From an uncultured bacterium (GTDB lineage Bacteria; UBP14; UBA6098; B30-G16), in NCBI GenBank assembly GCA_965552135.1, contig CBEVQY010000022.1, positions 1-49,056 of the forward strand: a DNA stretch of 49,056 nucleotides. Direction: 5' to 3'. The position numbers and the translations under genes were made by a program. Below the pieces are notes generated by a model. It ran no database searches, was not told the DNA's origin, and saw only the letters and a program-made list of their open reading frames with translations. How positions within the stretch are numbered: the stretch's first letter is position 1; every line of letters starts with the position of its first letter. Positions 18,660 to 28,737 of this stretch are shown piece after piece.

Positions 18660-21600
18660 TCAGCGCAAAAGGATCACCCTCGTCGTCCTGGACGCGCCGG
18701 GCGCAGAAAGCCTTATTATGTATACCCCTGACGGCAGCGGTTTTGCGTTGTCGCCGTCGCCGCGCCAGAGTATGGTGTGTCTGCCGGCGGGGGCATCACC
18801 GCGCCAGAGGGTCTTCACCCTGGCGCCCGTGATGTCGAAGACGTCGATGCGGACGTACTGCGCCTCGGGCAGGGTGAAGCCTATCTGCGTGGCGCCGTTG
18901 AAGGGATTGGGTGTGGGTGCCTCCAGCGCGGGAGCCCTCGGGGCTGGCGTCGCGGTTATAGAAACTCCCGCCTCGACCGTCCAAGAGCTTGACCTGCGCA
19001 TATCGCACGTCCGCGCGCCGTCTGCGAGGACGAAGTCGAACTCCTCGGGCAGCGCCTGCGGGTCCCACGAGATGGTGCAGCCCCGCGGGGCGTCGATTAC
19101 GAACGTTCCGTGAGGCTTTGTCTCGCGGAGCAGGCGAGCGCCCTCGCACCTGAACGCCGGCTGCGGGTCAGCGCCCGGCGGCGGAGGCGGAAGCGGGATA
19201 TCGAGCCAGTCGATGCCGCTTTTTGCGCGTGGGTCGAGCGCCAGAACGAGCCGCGCGTCGCCGACCAGGATGTCGAAGCTTTCCGCGGGTGCAGCGCAGA
19301 CGAGCTTGCCCTCGCCGCCTCTGAGGATGAGCTGACACTCCTCCGTCGCCAAAACCCAATATCCGCGCCCGACAAACAGCGTGTCCCCCGCAAGGACGTA
19401 GGTCCCTGTGCCGCACGCGTCGTAGAAGAGGATGTTGTCCGCAAGCACCGCGCCGGCGGGAACGGTGGAGAGATCATCCACGAGGACGAATCCCTCGGCG
19501 CTGGCGGGAACGCCGACCATGTTCCACCCGGGGTGCAGTCGAATGGTCGTCAGGGTGGCGTCCATGCCCGCGACGTCGAACGTCCCCGACTCAAGCGTGA
19601 AAACCCAAAACGCCCTGCCTGCCTCGGGGGATTCAACGACCTCGTAGTAGCCGGCCTCCGGATTGTACCAGTAGCCGTCGGTTATCGCGCCGGGGACGAT
19701 GTCCCTTATAAGCGGGTCGCCTGCGGGCAGCACGGGGAGGCTCAGCATGTTCCAGCCGGGGCATATGTCGACGGTGCGTCTTTGCGGCGTCGTCCGCAGG
19801 AACGTGATCTCAAAATCGGTTGTGCCGATGAAGGCGAAGGCTGTGTCGACCTTCATGTTGAGCGTCACATCGCCCACAGGCGAGGTGTAGGTAAGCGTGA
19901 TAAGCCCGTCGGGCAGGTGCGCGGGGCTCCAGTGGACGTACACCGTTTCGGTTGGGCTGCCGTAGGCGCAGTGCCCGCTCCACACAAGGAGGGTCTCCGC
20001 CGACGACCTTATGTCCCTGTCGAGGCGGGTTATTTCGGGATGCTCGGAGTCGGATATGTCGAACCAGCCGTCCAGTTCGCCGGGGACGACGTCGGGGCTT
20101 TCGAGGTCGATGCCCTCGTCGAAGCCCGCAGTAGCCGAGTCGGACGCGCCAAAGGTAATGTGCTCCACGGGCATGTTCTTCGTTATGAAGAAGATCGTGC
20201 CGCTCCACTGGACGGGGTCCCAGGGGACCGTGAAGAACCCGTCGTCGGGATTTGCGGAAATCCCGCCGAAGTTGAACTCAATGTCCTCAAAGGGCAGAAG
20301 CGAATACGCTCCCATAACGTCCTCAACGAGGCACCGGATGTAGAACAGCACGCCCCTTCCCGAAAGCGGCGGACCGCTTCCCGCTATGCGCACCCTGCCG
20401 GGCTCGGGGACGGACATGCTCAAAAGACCCCAGCTTTCGGTTATTGTGCCGGCCGTGACGAGCTCAAGCGGCAAAAGCACCGAGGGGAAGTAGCCCACAA
20501 CGACGTCCATCTGCGTTATCCCGAAGCCCGTTATGTCCTCCACGCAGACGGGTATATCGACGACATCGCCCGCGTGCCCCCAAAGTGTGTCGGGTATCCA
20601 GATGTCGACGATGTTTATCGAGAAGCACCAGCGGAAGGGCTCGGCGATGTGGTTTGGCTCGCAGTAGTCGCCTTCGATGTCGGCAGCGTCGAGCAGTGCG
20701 CAGCAGATCGTATCGCCGTCGTGGAACGCGATTCCAGCGGAGTCGGCTCTGAACACGAGGAGCGAGCCTGAGAGGGCGAGTGTGTGTCCGTCGACGGCGA
20801 ATGTGTCGTCGCCGAGGGTAAAGGTCACCGAAGCTGGATCGACCGCGCGCTCGGCGTCGTAGAGGATCACGGAGATGCTGTCGAGGTCGGTCGTTCCCAC
20901 AAGCGCCCCATCGGCGGGGTATGGGCTTGTCACCACAGGCGGCGCAAGGTCGGAGGTAAAGCTTGCCGCGCCGACGGAGGTCTCGCACCCCAGCGAATCG
21001 ACAAGACGCAAAAGCTCGAAGGTGTGAACCTCTCCGCTTGCCCAGTCCTCGGAGGGGGAGAAGATGAGCGTATCGCCCACAAGCCCAAGCTGCGGCGAGG
21101 AGAGGTCGAAGGTGTCGCCGTCGACGACGACAAGGGCATCCTCAACGCCGTTGGGGGCATCGAGCAGGAACGCTATCTCCTGCCTCGGGCAGAGGGAGAC
21201 GGCTCCGTCCACCGGGAAGGCGATTTCGGCCGTTGGTTCGTGTATCTCGGGCAGCCAAAACTCCCTGCAGGTTCGGAAGGTGTCTTCGCACGAAGGCGCT
21301 GTGACGGTCACACAGATCGAATCGCCGTACTCGGGCGCGCCGTAAATCCTAACCCACCAGCCCGTGGAGCCCGTCTCGCCCGTCATAAGCGTTGAGGGGG
21401 ATAGAGGCTGCGTGGGCGTGTATCCGCCCACAAGCGAAAGTCCGCTGGGCAGCTCGATCGTCGCGATGGGGTTGGTCATCGTTGTCGGCGAGCCGTTGGT
21501 GAAGAGCGCGTCGACCTCGAAGGTGTCGGGGCTGTACCAGCAGTTCTCAACGCTCGGGTACACCGGGATGTGGACGACGAGGTTCCCCGAAAGCGGCTCC

Positions 21601-22490
21601 CCAAGCCCGTAGTATGTCGCGACGACGAGGGATTCGCCAGGGCAGATCTCCTCCGGATACCACCACAAAAGCACCGCCGAGTCGGTGTAGGGGTCGCCTG
21701 TGATGGAGGCGTACCAGCTTACGGTGTAGAAGTTCGACCAGTTTCCGACGGCGAACCTGTCGGGGTGGACGGCATCAAGCCCGCACATTATCCCGAGGGC
21801 AACGAGCTGATCGGGTGGACCGCCGGGACCGAGCGGATCCTCGTAGGCAAACCAGTAGCAAGGGAGATCACCGTCGCTGTACCAGAAGTCGCTCTCGTTG
21901 CCGATGACGCCGCTTATCGTGCCTATGCGCGCAGCGTCGTTGTCGTTTATCATCGTGTCGAGCTCAAGCAAAACCCCTATGTCGTGACACGAGCTCCCCG
22001 TGTTGACGACAACGTACTTTATGAAGACCGTTCCGGTGGTGTAGTCGGGGTACTCGAGGTATACGGGCTGCAGCCACTGGTAGACGAGGACGTCGGGGTG
22101 CTCGGGGATGTACCATCCGCCGTAGATGTAGTTTGAGTCGGGGTTTGTGGGCCACGTTCGCACCGAAAACGGGGTCGATATCTCCATCTGCGGGCAGATT
22201 GGACCTCCGCCGGGGCATTTGTACGACTGATCGTCCACGCGCACGATGACGTGGGACGACCACGGACCCCCGGCTGCGTACATAAGCCAAAGCGTGTCGG
22301 GAAAGGTCTTTACGACGAACCTCCCCGTGGCATCGTCGAGCTGGACGCAGATGTGGTCGTTGTTCGTCATGAGGATCGACTTCGTTCCGCGCGGTGCCAG
22401 AGACGATTTCGCACCCCTCGGGCTTTCGCCAAAGCCCAAGGTAAAAAGGCAAAGCGCAAGCGCCACAAGCGCCCTGATCGCTCCCCTCAT
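18660..22490 (-). CDS. Large secreted multidomain protein (~1276 aa): unknown head, Ig-like repeats, cohesin-like domain, GWN repeats, FlgD/T9SS-A-type CTD
   Basis: Signal MRGAIRALVALALCLF (start reassigned to 22490); GDVVDIPV...YFPSVL cohesin pattern; PNPFN...IDVFDITGARVKTL...W.G...LPSGVY...VILLR. Confidence 0.85.
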   Translation of the reverse strand: MRGAIRALVALALCLFTLGFGESPRGAKSSLAPRGTKSILMTNNDHICVQLDDATGRFVVKTFPDTLWLMYAAGGPWSSHVIVRVDDQSYKCPGGGPICPQMEISTPFSVRTWPTNPDSNYIYGGWYIPEHPDVLVYQWLQPVYLEYPDYTTGTVFIKYVVVNTGSSCHDIGVLLELDTMINDNDAARIGTISGVIGNESDFWYSDGDLPCYWFAYEDPLGPGGPPDQLVALGIMCGLDAVHPDRFAVGNWSNFYTVSWYASITGDPYTDSAVLLWWYPEEICPGESLVVATYYGLGEPLSGNLVVHIPVYPSVENCWYSPDTFEVDALFTNGSPTTMTNPIATIELPSGLSLVGGYTPTQPLSPSTLMTGETGSTGWWVRIYGAPEYGDSICVTVTAPSCEDTFRTCREFWLPEIHEPTAEIAFPVDGAVSLCPRQEIAFLLDAPNGVEDALVVVDGDTFDLSSPQLGLVGDTLIFSPSEDWASGEVHTFELLRLVDSLGCETSVGAASFTSDLAPPVVTSPYPADGALVGTTDLDSISVILYDAERAVDPASVTFTLGDDTFAVDGHTLALSGSLLVFRADSAGIAFHDGDTICCALLDAADIEGDYCEPNHIAEPFRWCFSINIVDIWIPDTLWGHAGDVVDIPVCVEDITGFGITQMDVVVGYFPSVLLPLELVTAGTITESWGLLSMSVPEPGRVRIAGSGPPLSGRGVLFYIRCLVEDVMGAYSLLPFEDIEFNFGGISANPDDGFFTVPWDPVQWSGTIFFITKNMPVEHITFGASDSATAGFDEGIDLESPDVVPGELDGWFDISDSEHPEITRLDRDIRSSAETLLVWSGHCAYGSPTETVYVHWSPAHLPDGLITLTYTSPVGDVTLNMKVDTAFAFIGTTDFEITFLRTTPQRRTVDICPGWNMLSLPVLPAGDPLIRDIVPGAITDGYWYNPEAGYYEVVESPEAGRAFWVFTLESGTFDVAGMDATLTTIRLHPGWNMVGVPASAEGFVLVDDLSTVPAGAVLADNILFYDACGTGTYVLAGDTLFVGRGYWVLATEECQLILRGGEGKLVCAAPAESFDILVGDARLVLALDPRAKSGIDWLDIPLPPPPPGADPQPAFRCEGARLLRETKPHGTFVIDAPRGCTISWDPQALPEEFDFVLADGARTCDMRRSSSWTVEAGVSITATPAPRAPALEAPTPNPFNGATQIGFTLPEAQYVRIDVFDITGARVKTLWRGDAPAGRHTILWRGDGDNAKPLPSGVYIIRLSAPGASRTTRVILLR

Positions 22491-22559
22491 CGCATCGCTC
22501 CCGTCTTGTGCCTCAGATAAAGATAGCGCCGCGTCGCACCATCTGCAAGCCTTTAGCCC

Positions 22560-22588
22560 TTGCAACGAGTGTTTGAGGACGATATTAT
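22560..22588 (+). promoter_or_regulatory. Putative sigma70 promoter of the M14 peptidase operon
   Basis: TTGCAA-N17-TATTAT in an AT-rich divergent gap. Confidence 0.6.
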
Positions 22589-22619
22589 TATATGCTAAAA
22601 GCGCAGTGGGGGTTTTCGT

Positions 22620-24953
22620 GTGCAGAGGTTTTTCTGTCTTTTCGTCGTTTTTGGGAGCGTTTTCTCGCAGCCGCTTGTGCGCATCCCCTACGGCGAGTTC
22701 GCTCAGCTTGGCGGCGGGTTCGACGTTGCCTTTGTGCGCCCCGGCGCCTACGTCGACGTCGTCGGGTGGGAGGGAACGCTCGAGCGCCTCGAGGAGGCAG
22801 GAGTAAGCTACGCCGTCGTCGTCGATGATCTGCAGGCATTCTACGCCTCCAGGCTCGAGGCGACGCTGCCAATGGGTGGTTACAGAACCTACGACGAGAT
22901 CGTCTCCGCCATCGATTCGCTCCACGAGGCGTATCCCGACATCGTGTCGCCGAAGGACTCCTTATCCTCCGGCTGGGACGGTCATGTGGTTTGGGCGGTT
23001 AAGATATCCGACAACGTCGCGGCGGACGAGGACGAGCCCGAGGTCCTCTACGACGCAACGATCCACGCAAGGGAGGTCATCTGCCCGGAGGTGCTTTTGT
23101 ACTTCATGCGCTGGCTCTGCGAGAACTACGGCTCTGACCCTGTGGCGACCTACCTGGTCGACGAGAGGGAGATGTGGTTTATCCCCGTTCTCAACCCCGA
23201 CGGCTACGTTCGCAACGAGATCGATCACCCCGATGGCGGCGGGATGTGGCGCAAGAACACCCGCGACAACAACGGAGACGGCGCCTTCGACGAATGCGAC
23301 GGCGTCGACATGAACCGCAACTTCGGCTACATGTGGGGAACGGTGGGAAGCTCGTCGGATCCCTGCGAGGATACATACATGGGACCTGAGGCGTTCTCCG
23401 AGCCGGAGATTCAGGGCTACCGCGCCTTTGTCGAAAGCAGGGAGTTTGTTACGAACCTGAGTTACCACAGCTACTCGAATATGTATCTTTTCCCCTGGGG
23501 CTACACCACCGAGCACTGCGCCGACCACGACTACTTCATGCTCCTTACGGGCTGGATGTCGGAGCGCAACGGCTATGTCCACGGCAACATATCCGAGACG
23601 ATCTACCTCTGCAGCGGCACCACCGTCGACTGGATGTACGGTGAGCGCGGGGTTTACAGCATAACCCCTGAGGTTGGCGGTTTCGACGATGGTTTCTGGC
23701 CGCCTGTGGAGCGAAAGCTCTTCCTTTGCCAGAGCCAGCTTTTGGCGAACATCGTTACAGCTCTTGCCGCAGGTGGTGCACCCCGGGTGGTGGATATGTC
23801 GGTGTCGGAGGTGGCTGGCGACGGCGACGGAAACCCAGACGTAGGCGAGCTTTTGGAGGTAAGCGCCATCGTTTTGAACTACGGCGTTCGCGAAGCCAGC
23901 GACGTAAGCGTGACGGCAAAAGCTGTGACGGAGGGCGTCGTCGTTGTGGACAGCGTTTCGGAGGGGATCGGTTTGCTTTTACCCAAGGGGGGTTCGGCTG
24001 CCGCGGGGGGCATAATGATCGCTCTCGTTCCGCCGGCGATGCCCGGCGACGAGGTCAAGCTGGAGCTTTCCGCCCGCATGCCCGACGGATATGCGTGGAG
24101 TGACACATTGTCCTTCACGGTGGGTTCGCCCATTTTGCTTTCCGGCACAAGCTTCGACTCCGGTCACTACGGCTGGTCGGTTGACGGCGACTGGACTTTT
24201 GGAACGCCCGTTGAGCGACCTGAACCACATTCGGCGCCAAACGTCCTCGCAACCGACCTCGAACCACGGTACTCCGACAACTCCTTCTCCGTCGCCACAA
24301 CGCCCGTATACTTCATCCCCGACACGGTTTTTGCCCCGAAGCTTTCGTTTTGGCACTGGTACGACATCGAGGGCTCAGGCGACGCCTACTACGACGGCGG
24401 CCAGGTGCAGATAAGAGTTCTTCCCGACACTGATTGGTCCGTTATCGAGCCTGTGGGCGGATATCCTGCCGTGATTTACGATTTCAATCCCTACCTCGCG
24501 GGGCAGCCCGCCTTCTCAGGCGCAAGCAACGGCTGGGAGAAGGTTCTCTTCGACCTCTCGCCCTTCGCCGGTGATTCGGTGCAGTTCAGGTTCGTCTTCG
24601 GAACCGACCCCTACGTCCACCTCGAGGGCTGGTATATCGACGACTTCTGGATCGTTGGCTTTGAGCCCGAGACGACGGCGTTTGTTGTGGACGGTGGCGC
24701 CGCGCCAGAGGCTTTGAGGATATTCGCCGTTCCCAATCCGTTCAACTCCTCCTGCGCGATATTTGCGCCGGGGGCGCGCAAGGTATGGGTTTTCGATCAG
24801 TGCGGCAGAGTTGTTGATGTCCTGTCCCTGTGTGGCGGAAAAGCCCTATGGAGGGGCAGCGACAGCCGGGGAAAACCATGCCCGTCGGGGGTGTATTTCC
24901 TCAAAGCCGATGCGCCAAAAGGCGGGTTTTCTAAGGTCCTCTTGATACGATGA
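22620..24953 (+). CDS. Secreted M14 zinc carboxypeptidase (carboxypeptidase T-like) with beta-sandwich domain and FlgD/T9SS-type CTD
   Basis: HARE, NPDG, WRKN, DMNRNF, YHSYS, TPEVG; PNPFN...PSGVY...VLLIR. Confidence 0.92.
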   Translation: MQRFFCLFVVFGSVFSQPLVRIPYGEFAQLGGGFDVAFVRPGAYVDVVGWEGTLERLEEAGVSYAVVVDDLQAFYASRLEATLPMGGYRTYDEIVSAIDSLHEAYPDIVSPKDSLSSGWDGHVVWAVKISDNVAADEDEPEVLYDATIHAREVICPEVLLYFMRWLCENYGSDPVATYLVDEREMWFIPVLNPDGYVRNEIDHPDGGGMWRKNTRDNNGDGAFDECDGVDMNRNFGYMWGTVGSSSDPCEDTYMGPEAFSEPEIQGYRAFVESREFVTNLSYHSYSNMYLFPWGYTTEHCADHDYFMLLTGWMSERNGYVHGNISETIYLCSGTTVDWMYGERGVYSITPEVGGFDDGFWPPVERKLFLCQSQLLANIVTALAAGGAPRVVDMSVSEVAGDGDGNPDVGELLEVSAIVLNYGVREASDVSVTAKAVTEGVVVVDSVSEGIGLLLPKGGSAAAGGIMIALVPPAMPGDEVKLELSARMPDGYAWSDTLSFTVGSPILLSGTSFDSGHYGWSVDGDWTFGTPVERPEPHSAPNVLATDLEPRYSDNSFSVATTPVYFIPDTVFAPKLSFWHWYDIEGSGDAYYDGGQVQIRVLPDTDWSVIEPVGGYPAVIYDFNPYLAGQPAFSGASNGWEKVLFDLSPFAGDSVQFRFVFGTDPYVHLEGWYIDDFWIVGFEPETTAFVVDGGAAPEALRIFAVPNPFNSSCAIFAPGARKVWVFDQCGRVVDVLSLCGGKALWRGSDSRGKPCPSGVYFLKADAPKGGFSKVLLIR

Positions 24954-25801
24954 GGCTGCCGTTCGATATATCCTCGCTTCCCGACCGTTCGGTCGTCGTT
25001 GGGTTTGCGGGGGAGTTTCCGTCGGAGGGTCTGATCGAGCTTGCCTCGTCGGGCAAGCTTTTCGGCGTGATATTCTTCGAGCACAACGTGGGTTCCGTTG
25101 GTCAGGTTCGCGATGCCATCTTGCGCCTGCGGGAGGTGGACGAAGGGCTCGAGTTCCTCATCGATCAGGAAGGCGGCGCCAAGTGCAGGATTGGATGCTT
25201 CCCGTTTTGTCCCCCTTCGCCGGGGCTTTCGGCGGAGCTTGGTGTGGCTTTTGTGGAGTCTGCGTTTCGCGAAAGCGCAGAGGCGCTTGCGGAGCTTGGG
25301 TTCACCGTCAACCTTGCGCCCGTGGCAGACCTGTCCTTGGGTGAGTATATACGCGACCGATCCTTCGGAGGTTCCGCCGAGGCTGTTGCGGAGTGCGTCT
25401 CTGCGGCGGTGCGCGGGATAATCGCGGGCGGGCTTAAGCCCTGCGTGAAGCACTTCCCCGGCCTCGGCTCGGTGGACGACGACCCACATATCTCGCTCCC
25501 CAGGTCGGGCGCCCCGGCGGATGAGTTCCAAAGCAAGCACTGGCTTCCGTTTAAGGCTGCCTTTGCGGCTGGGTGCCCCATGGTTATGACGACCCACATC
25601 GTCGTCGATGCGCTCGATGACGTGCCCGCGACGTACTCCGCGAGTGTGGTGCGCGCCGTTCGCGAGCTCGGCTTCGGGGGCACCGTCATAACCGATGACC
25701 TCTGGGGGATGAAGGGCGCAGGAGGGCTTCCGCCACAGCGGAAGATAGAGCTTGCGCTTGGGGCAGGTCACAACGTCGCACTGTGGTGCGAGCCGCTATA
25801 A
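24950..25801 (+). CDS. nagZ: GH3 beta-N-acetylhexosaminidase-like (NagZ type), single domain
   Basis: IDQEGG, NLAPVAD, DRSFG, KHFPGLG...DPH, VITDDL. Confidence 0.8.
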   Translation: MRLPFDISSLPDRSVVVGFAGEFPSEGLIELASSGKLFGVIFFEHNVGSVGQVRDAILRLREVDEGLEFLIDQEGGAKCRIGCFPFCPPSPGLSAELGVAFVESAFRESAEALAELGFTVNLAPVADLSLGEYIRDRSFGGSAEAVAECVSAAVRGIIAGGLKPCVKHFPGLGSVDDDPHISLPRSGAPADEFQSKHWLPFKAAFAAGCPMVMTTHIVVDALDDVPATYSASVVRAVRELGFGGTVITDDLWGMKGAGGLPPQRKIELALGAGHNVALWCEPL

Positions 25802-25817
25802 AGACGGAGGACCGGCT

Positions 25818-26171
25818 ATGTGTAAGGTTGTGCATCAGTCGCAGGTGGCGCAAAGCGAGGTTGAGATGGCAGGGGCTTTGGGCGTAAGGGTTCAGTGGCT
25901 CATCTCCCCCGACGACGGCGCACCAAACTTCTTCCTCAGGCGCTTCGTCGTCGCAAAGGGCGGACACACCCCAAGGCACAAGCATCCGTACGAGCACGAG
26001 GTGTATGTGCTTTCGGGCAAAGGGAGGGTTTTGGTCGGCGGCGTTTGGCGCGACATAAGCGAGGGTTTCGTCGTCTTCATCCCGCCCGACGTGGAGCATC
26101 AGTTCGTAAACGACGGAGAGGATGAGCTTGTGTTTTTGTGTATGATCCCCAGGTCGGGAGTGAGGTCGTGA
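25818..26171 (+). CDS. Cupin domain protein
   Basis: TPRHKHPYEHEVYVLSG...IPPDVEHQF; SD GGAGG before ATG 25818. Confidence 0.9.
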   Translation: MCKVVHQSQVAQSEVEMAGALGVRVQWLISPDDGAPNFFLRRFVVAKGGHTPRHKHPYEHEVYVLSGKGRVLVGGVWRDISEGFVVFIPPDVEHQFVNDGEDELVFLCMIPRSGVRS

Positions 26172-26698
26172 ACGCAAGGTTCATAGATCTTCTGCGGTCC
26201 CATCTGAATCGCTATCCGCTTGCCGAGGTTGTGGACATCTACAAGCTTTTGTATCAGGCAGCCAACGGACCGAGGCACCTTTTCGACTGCGGGATCGACT
26301 TTGCGGATGTTTCGCGGATGTGGGAGGACGCGGTCGACGTGATATCCGTTCCGCTTGAGCCGATCTCCGTCGACGGCGAGCTCGTTCGCGCCCATCTGGG
26401 CGCGCTGAAGAAGGCAGGCGTTGCGTTTGACGACGTGTGGCAAGCACTCGTCGCAACGGTGCAGACCTTCAAGCCCCGACCGGAGCTTATCGTGGGGTGG
26501 TGGCGCGACCTGGGCGATCTGATCAAATCCCAGATACTTCCGCTGCCCCTGCAGCAGTATGCCGACCTCGACGATGAGTTCCAAAAGTGGGGGTTTCTGC
26601 CCAAACACCACTCAAAAGCCTTCGTCGAAGCCTACAGGCCAGCCTACCTGGTCGTCTTGCGGAGGTACATTGCGCCCTTCGTCGGCGCTTCAGAATAG
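26168..26698 (+). CDS. Conserved hypothetical protein
   Basis: GTGA overlap with the cupin gene; YP....DIYKLLYQ...GPRHL and HHS...AYRPAYLVV motifs. Confidence 0.7.
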   Translation: MNARFIDLLRSHLNRYPLAEVVDIYKLLYQAANGPRHLFDCGIDFADVSRMWEDAVDVISVPLEPISVDGELVRAHLGALKKAGVAFDDVWQALVATVQTFKPRPELIVGWWRDLGDLIKSQILPLPLQQYADLDDEFQKWGFLPKHHSKAFVEAYRPAYLVVLRRYIAPFVGASE

Positions 26699-27739
26699 GC
26701 GGGCTATGTCCTTTATCGTCACAAAGAGCATAAGCGCCAGAAGGACGATGATGCTTGCCTGCTGGAACGCCGCAAGCAGCCTTGCGCTTATCGCCTTTCG
26801 CCTTAGGGCTTCCACAGCGGTGAGTACTATCTGACCTCCGTCGAGGATGGGAAGCGGGAATAGGTTCAGCACGGCGAGGTTCACCGAAAGCGCCGCGATG
26901 AACGCCAAAAGCTGCCAGAACCCAAGCTTTGCCGTCTGACCCGCCATCTGGGCGATCATCACGGGACCGCCTATGTCGCTTATGGAGGCTTTTCCCACCA
27001 CAAGCTTTACGACGAACACCGTCACGGCGGCGGCTATGCGCAACGTTGCCCTCCAAGCCTCCACAAAGGCGCGCGCAGGCGGAAGACGATGCTGCTTCGT
27101 GTAGGGAACTATGCCGATGACGCCCACAGCGGTATCGCCGCTACCCGCCGCAAGCTCCCTGAGCTCGGGCGTGCAAGCCACCTCGAAGACGGAGTCGCCC
27201 CTCACGACGACAAGCTCTACCTGCACCCCGGGCTTGGAGTGGATGATGTTCGCCATCTGGTCCCAGTTTTCCACAGTGTCGCCGTCGATGTAGGCGATGA
27301 GGTCTCCTGCGCGCAGTCCGGCTTTAGCGGCGGGCATTCCCGGAACGACCGACCCAACTCTGGGCTCGTCGTAGCAGGGCGTTCCCTCGCCGTAGAAGGT
27401 GAGAACAGCCCAAAGGAGCAAAAGCCCCGTCGCTATGTTCATGGCGGGTCCTGCGGCGAGGACCGCAGCACGAACGGCAGGGGGCTTCCTGCGGAAGCTG
27501 CGAGGATGAAAGTCGCCCTCCTCGGGCAGCTCACCCACAAGCTTCACATACCCCCCGAAGGGAACGCTGCCTATGCAGTACTCCGTATCACCTATCCTGC
27601 GCCGAAATATCGACGGCGGGTAGCCTATGGAGAAGCGCTCCACACCTATCCCAAAGGCTTTGGCAACCAAAAAATGCCCAAGCTCGTGGACGAAGATGAT
27701 AACACCGATAACCGCTATTGCTATTATGAGTGTGAACAT
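26690..27739 (-). CDS. rseP: RIP metalloprotease RseP
   Basis: HELGH, PFGGYVKL, AGPAMN, PDZ domain, NLFPLPILDGG. Confidence 0.96.
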   Translation of the reverse strand: MFTLIIAIAVIGVIIFVHELGHFLVAKAFGIGVERFSIGYPPSIFRRRIGDTEYCIGSVPFGGYVKLVGELPEEGDFHPRSFRRKPPAVRAAVLAAGPAMNIATGLLLLWAVLTFYGEGTPCYDEPRVGSVVPGMPAAKAGLRAGDLIAYIDGDTVENWDQMANIIHSKPGVQVELVVVRGDSVFEVACTPELRELAAGSGDTAVGVIGIVPYTKQHRLPPARAFVEAWRATLRIAAAVTVFVVKLVVGKASISDIGGPVMIAQMAGQTAKLGFWQLLAFIAALSVNLAVLNLFPLPILDGGQIVLTAVEALRRKAISARLLAAFQQASIIVLLALMLFVTIKDIARLF

Positions 27740-27754
27740 CGGCTTCAATTTATT

Positions 27755-27782
27755 ATTATATCGAAAATACCGCTGTTTTCAA
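27755..27782 (-). promoter_or_regulatory. sigma70-type promoter of rseP
   Basis: TTGAAA-N16-TATAAT, 6 nt from the in-frame TTG at 27748. Confidence 0.65.
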
Positions 27783-27889
27783 GCCGTTTTATTTCCCCTC
27801 CAGTAATGCTAAGTGCTGCATATCGTTTTGCCTAACCCTGTTGGTGGTTTGAAGCAAGGGAATTTTTTGCGCACAGATACAATGAGGGG

Positions 27890-28666
27890 ATGGAGTTTCG
27901 TGAGCTAACAGCTTCGGTTCTTGCGTTTTGGGGCGCCGGCTGTGCGGAGCATATACTATCCGGCGCAGAGAAGCAGGCTTTCGTCAGGCGCAGGAACCAG
28001 TGGATAGTTGCTCATTTGGGCAAGGGTCTTTCGGGTGTTGTGATGTTGGACTGGGGCAGGATTGTGGGTTTTACCTTGGAGCTTCCCGTGGAGTATGCGC
28101 CGGTTCCTGCGATGGGCAAGGGCATAGTTGCGGTTTTCTGCAGCTGGACGGCGCCCGCGGTCACGAATCCCGCCCACAGGAAGCTTCTGTGGGAGCATGC
28201 GCTGGAGCGTTTCCCGCGCCGGGGGTACAAGGCGGTCCTTGCAGCTGCACCCTTCGATGTGGATGTCCCGCTGCTTGAGGCGCTGGGGTTCCGAAAGATA
28301 GGCGAGGGCGCCCACCCCCGCGCAAGGACCTCGTTTATGTTCAAGGAGTTCGTTGCCTGTCAGCCGCCCGTGCTTAAGCGCGGAGCTCCAATACCTCCCC
28401 CAAAGCACAGAAAGTTCGCGCTGGATCTCTTCTATCAGCCCTTCTGCCCGCTGGGGACGGTGATCCTAAACGAGGTTTTGAATCAGGTGGGAGGGTTGGC
28501 GCAGCGGGTCGAGCTTAGGATACACGACGCCGCCGACAAGAGGGTCGTTATGGAGTTCGGGATAACGCTTGGGTGCTTCCTGAACGGTCGTGATGTGACC
28601 CTAAGCGTTGTCGCCGGCGAGCCCTTGGCGGATATTTTGGATCGCCTCGAGCGCGACGACGCTTAG
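27890..28666 (+). CDS. Hypothetical GNAT-like + thioredoxin-like (YoaP-like) protein
   Basis: GF..E.PVE..P...G......C.W and LEALGF GNAT pattern; C-terminal FYQPFCP...FGI...CFLNG. Confidence 0.55.
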   Translation: MEFRELTASVLAFWGAGCAEHILSGAEKQAFVRRRNQWIVAHLGKGLSGVVMLDWGRIVGFTLELPVEYAPVPAMGKGIVAVFCSWTAPAVTNPAHRKLLWEHALERFPRRGYKAVLAAAPFDVDVPLLEALGFRKIGEGAHPRARTSFMFKEFVACQPPVLKRGAPIPPPKHRKFALDLFYQPFCPLGTVILNEVLNQVGGLAQRVELRIHDAADKRVVMEFGITLGCFLNGRDVTLSVVAGEPLADILDRLERDDA

Positions 28667-28737
28667 ACGAAAAACCTTGCTTTGCAATCTTGACCTGTCT
28701 AAATTTCCCCTTGTTCGTGCAGGATGGAGGTGGCAGG

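Noticed and set aside
22491..22925. 145-aa N-terminal extension of the 1421-aa ORF
   Set aside because: Overlaps the divergent M14 gene and its promoter; the signal peptide begins at 22490
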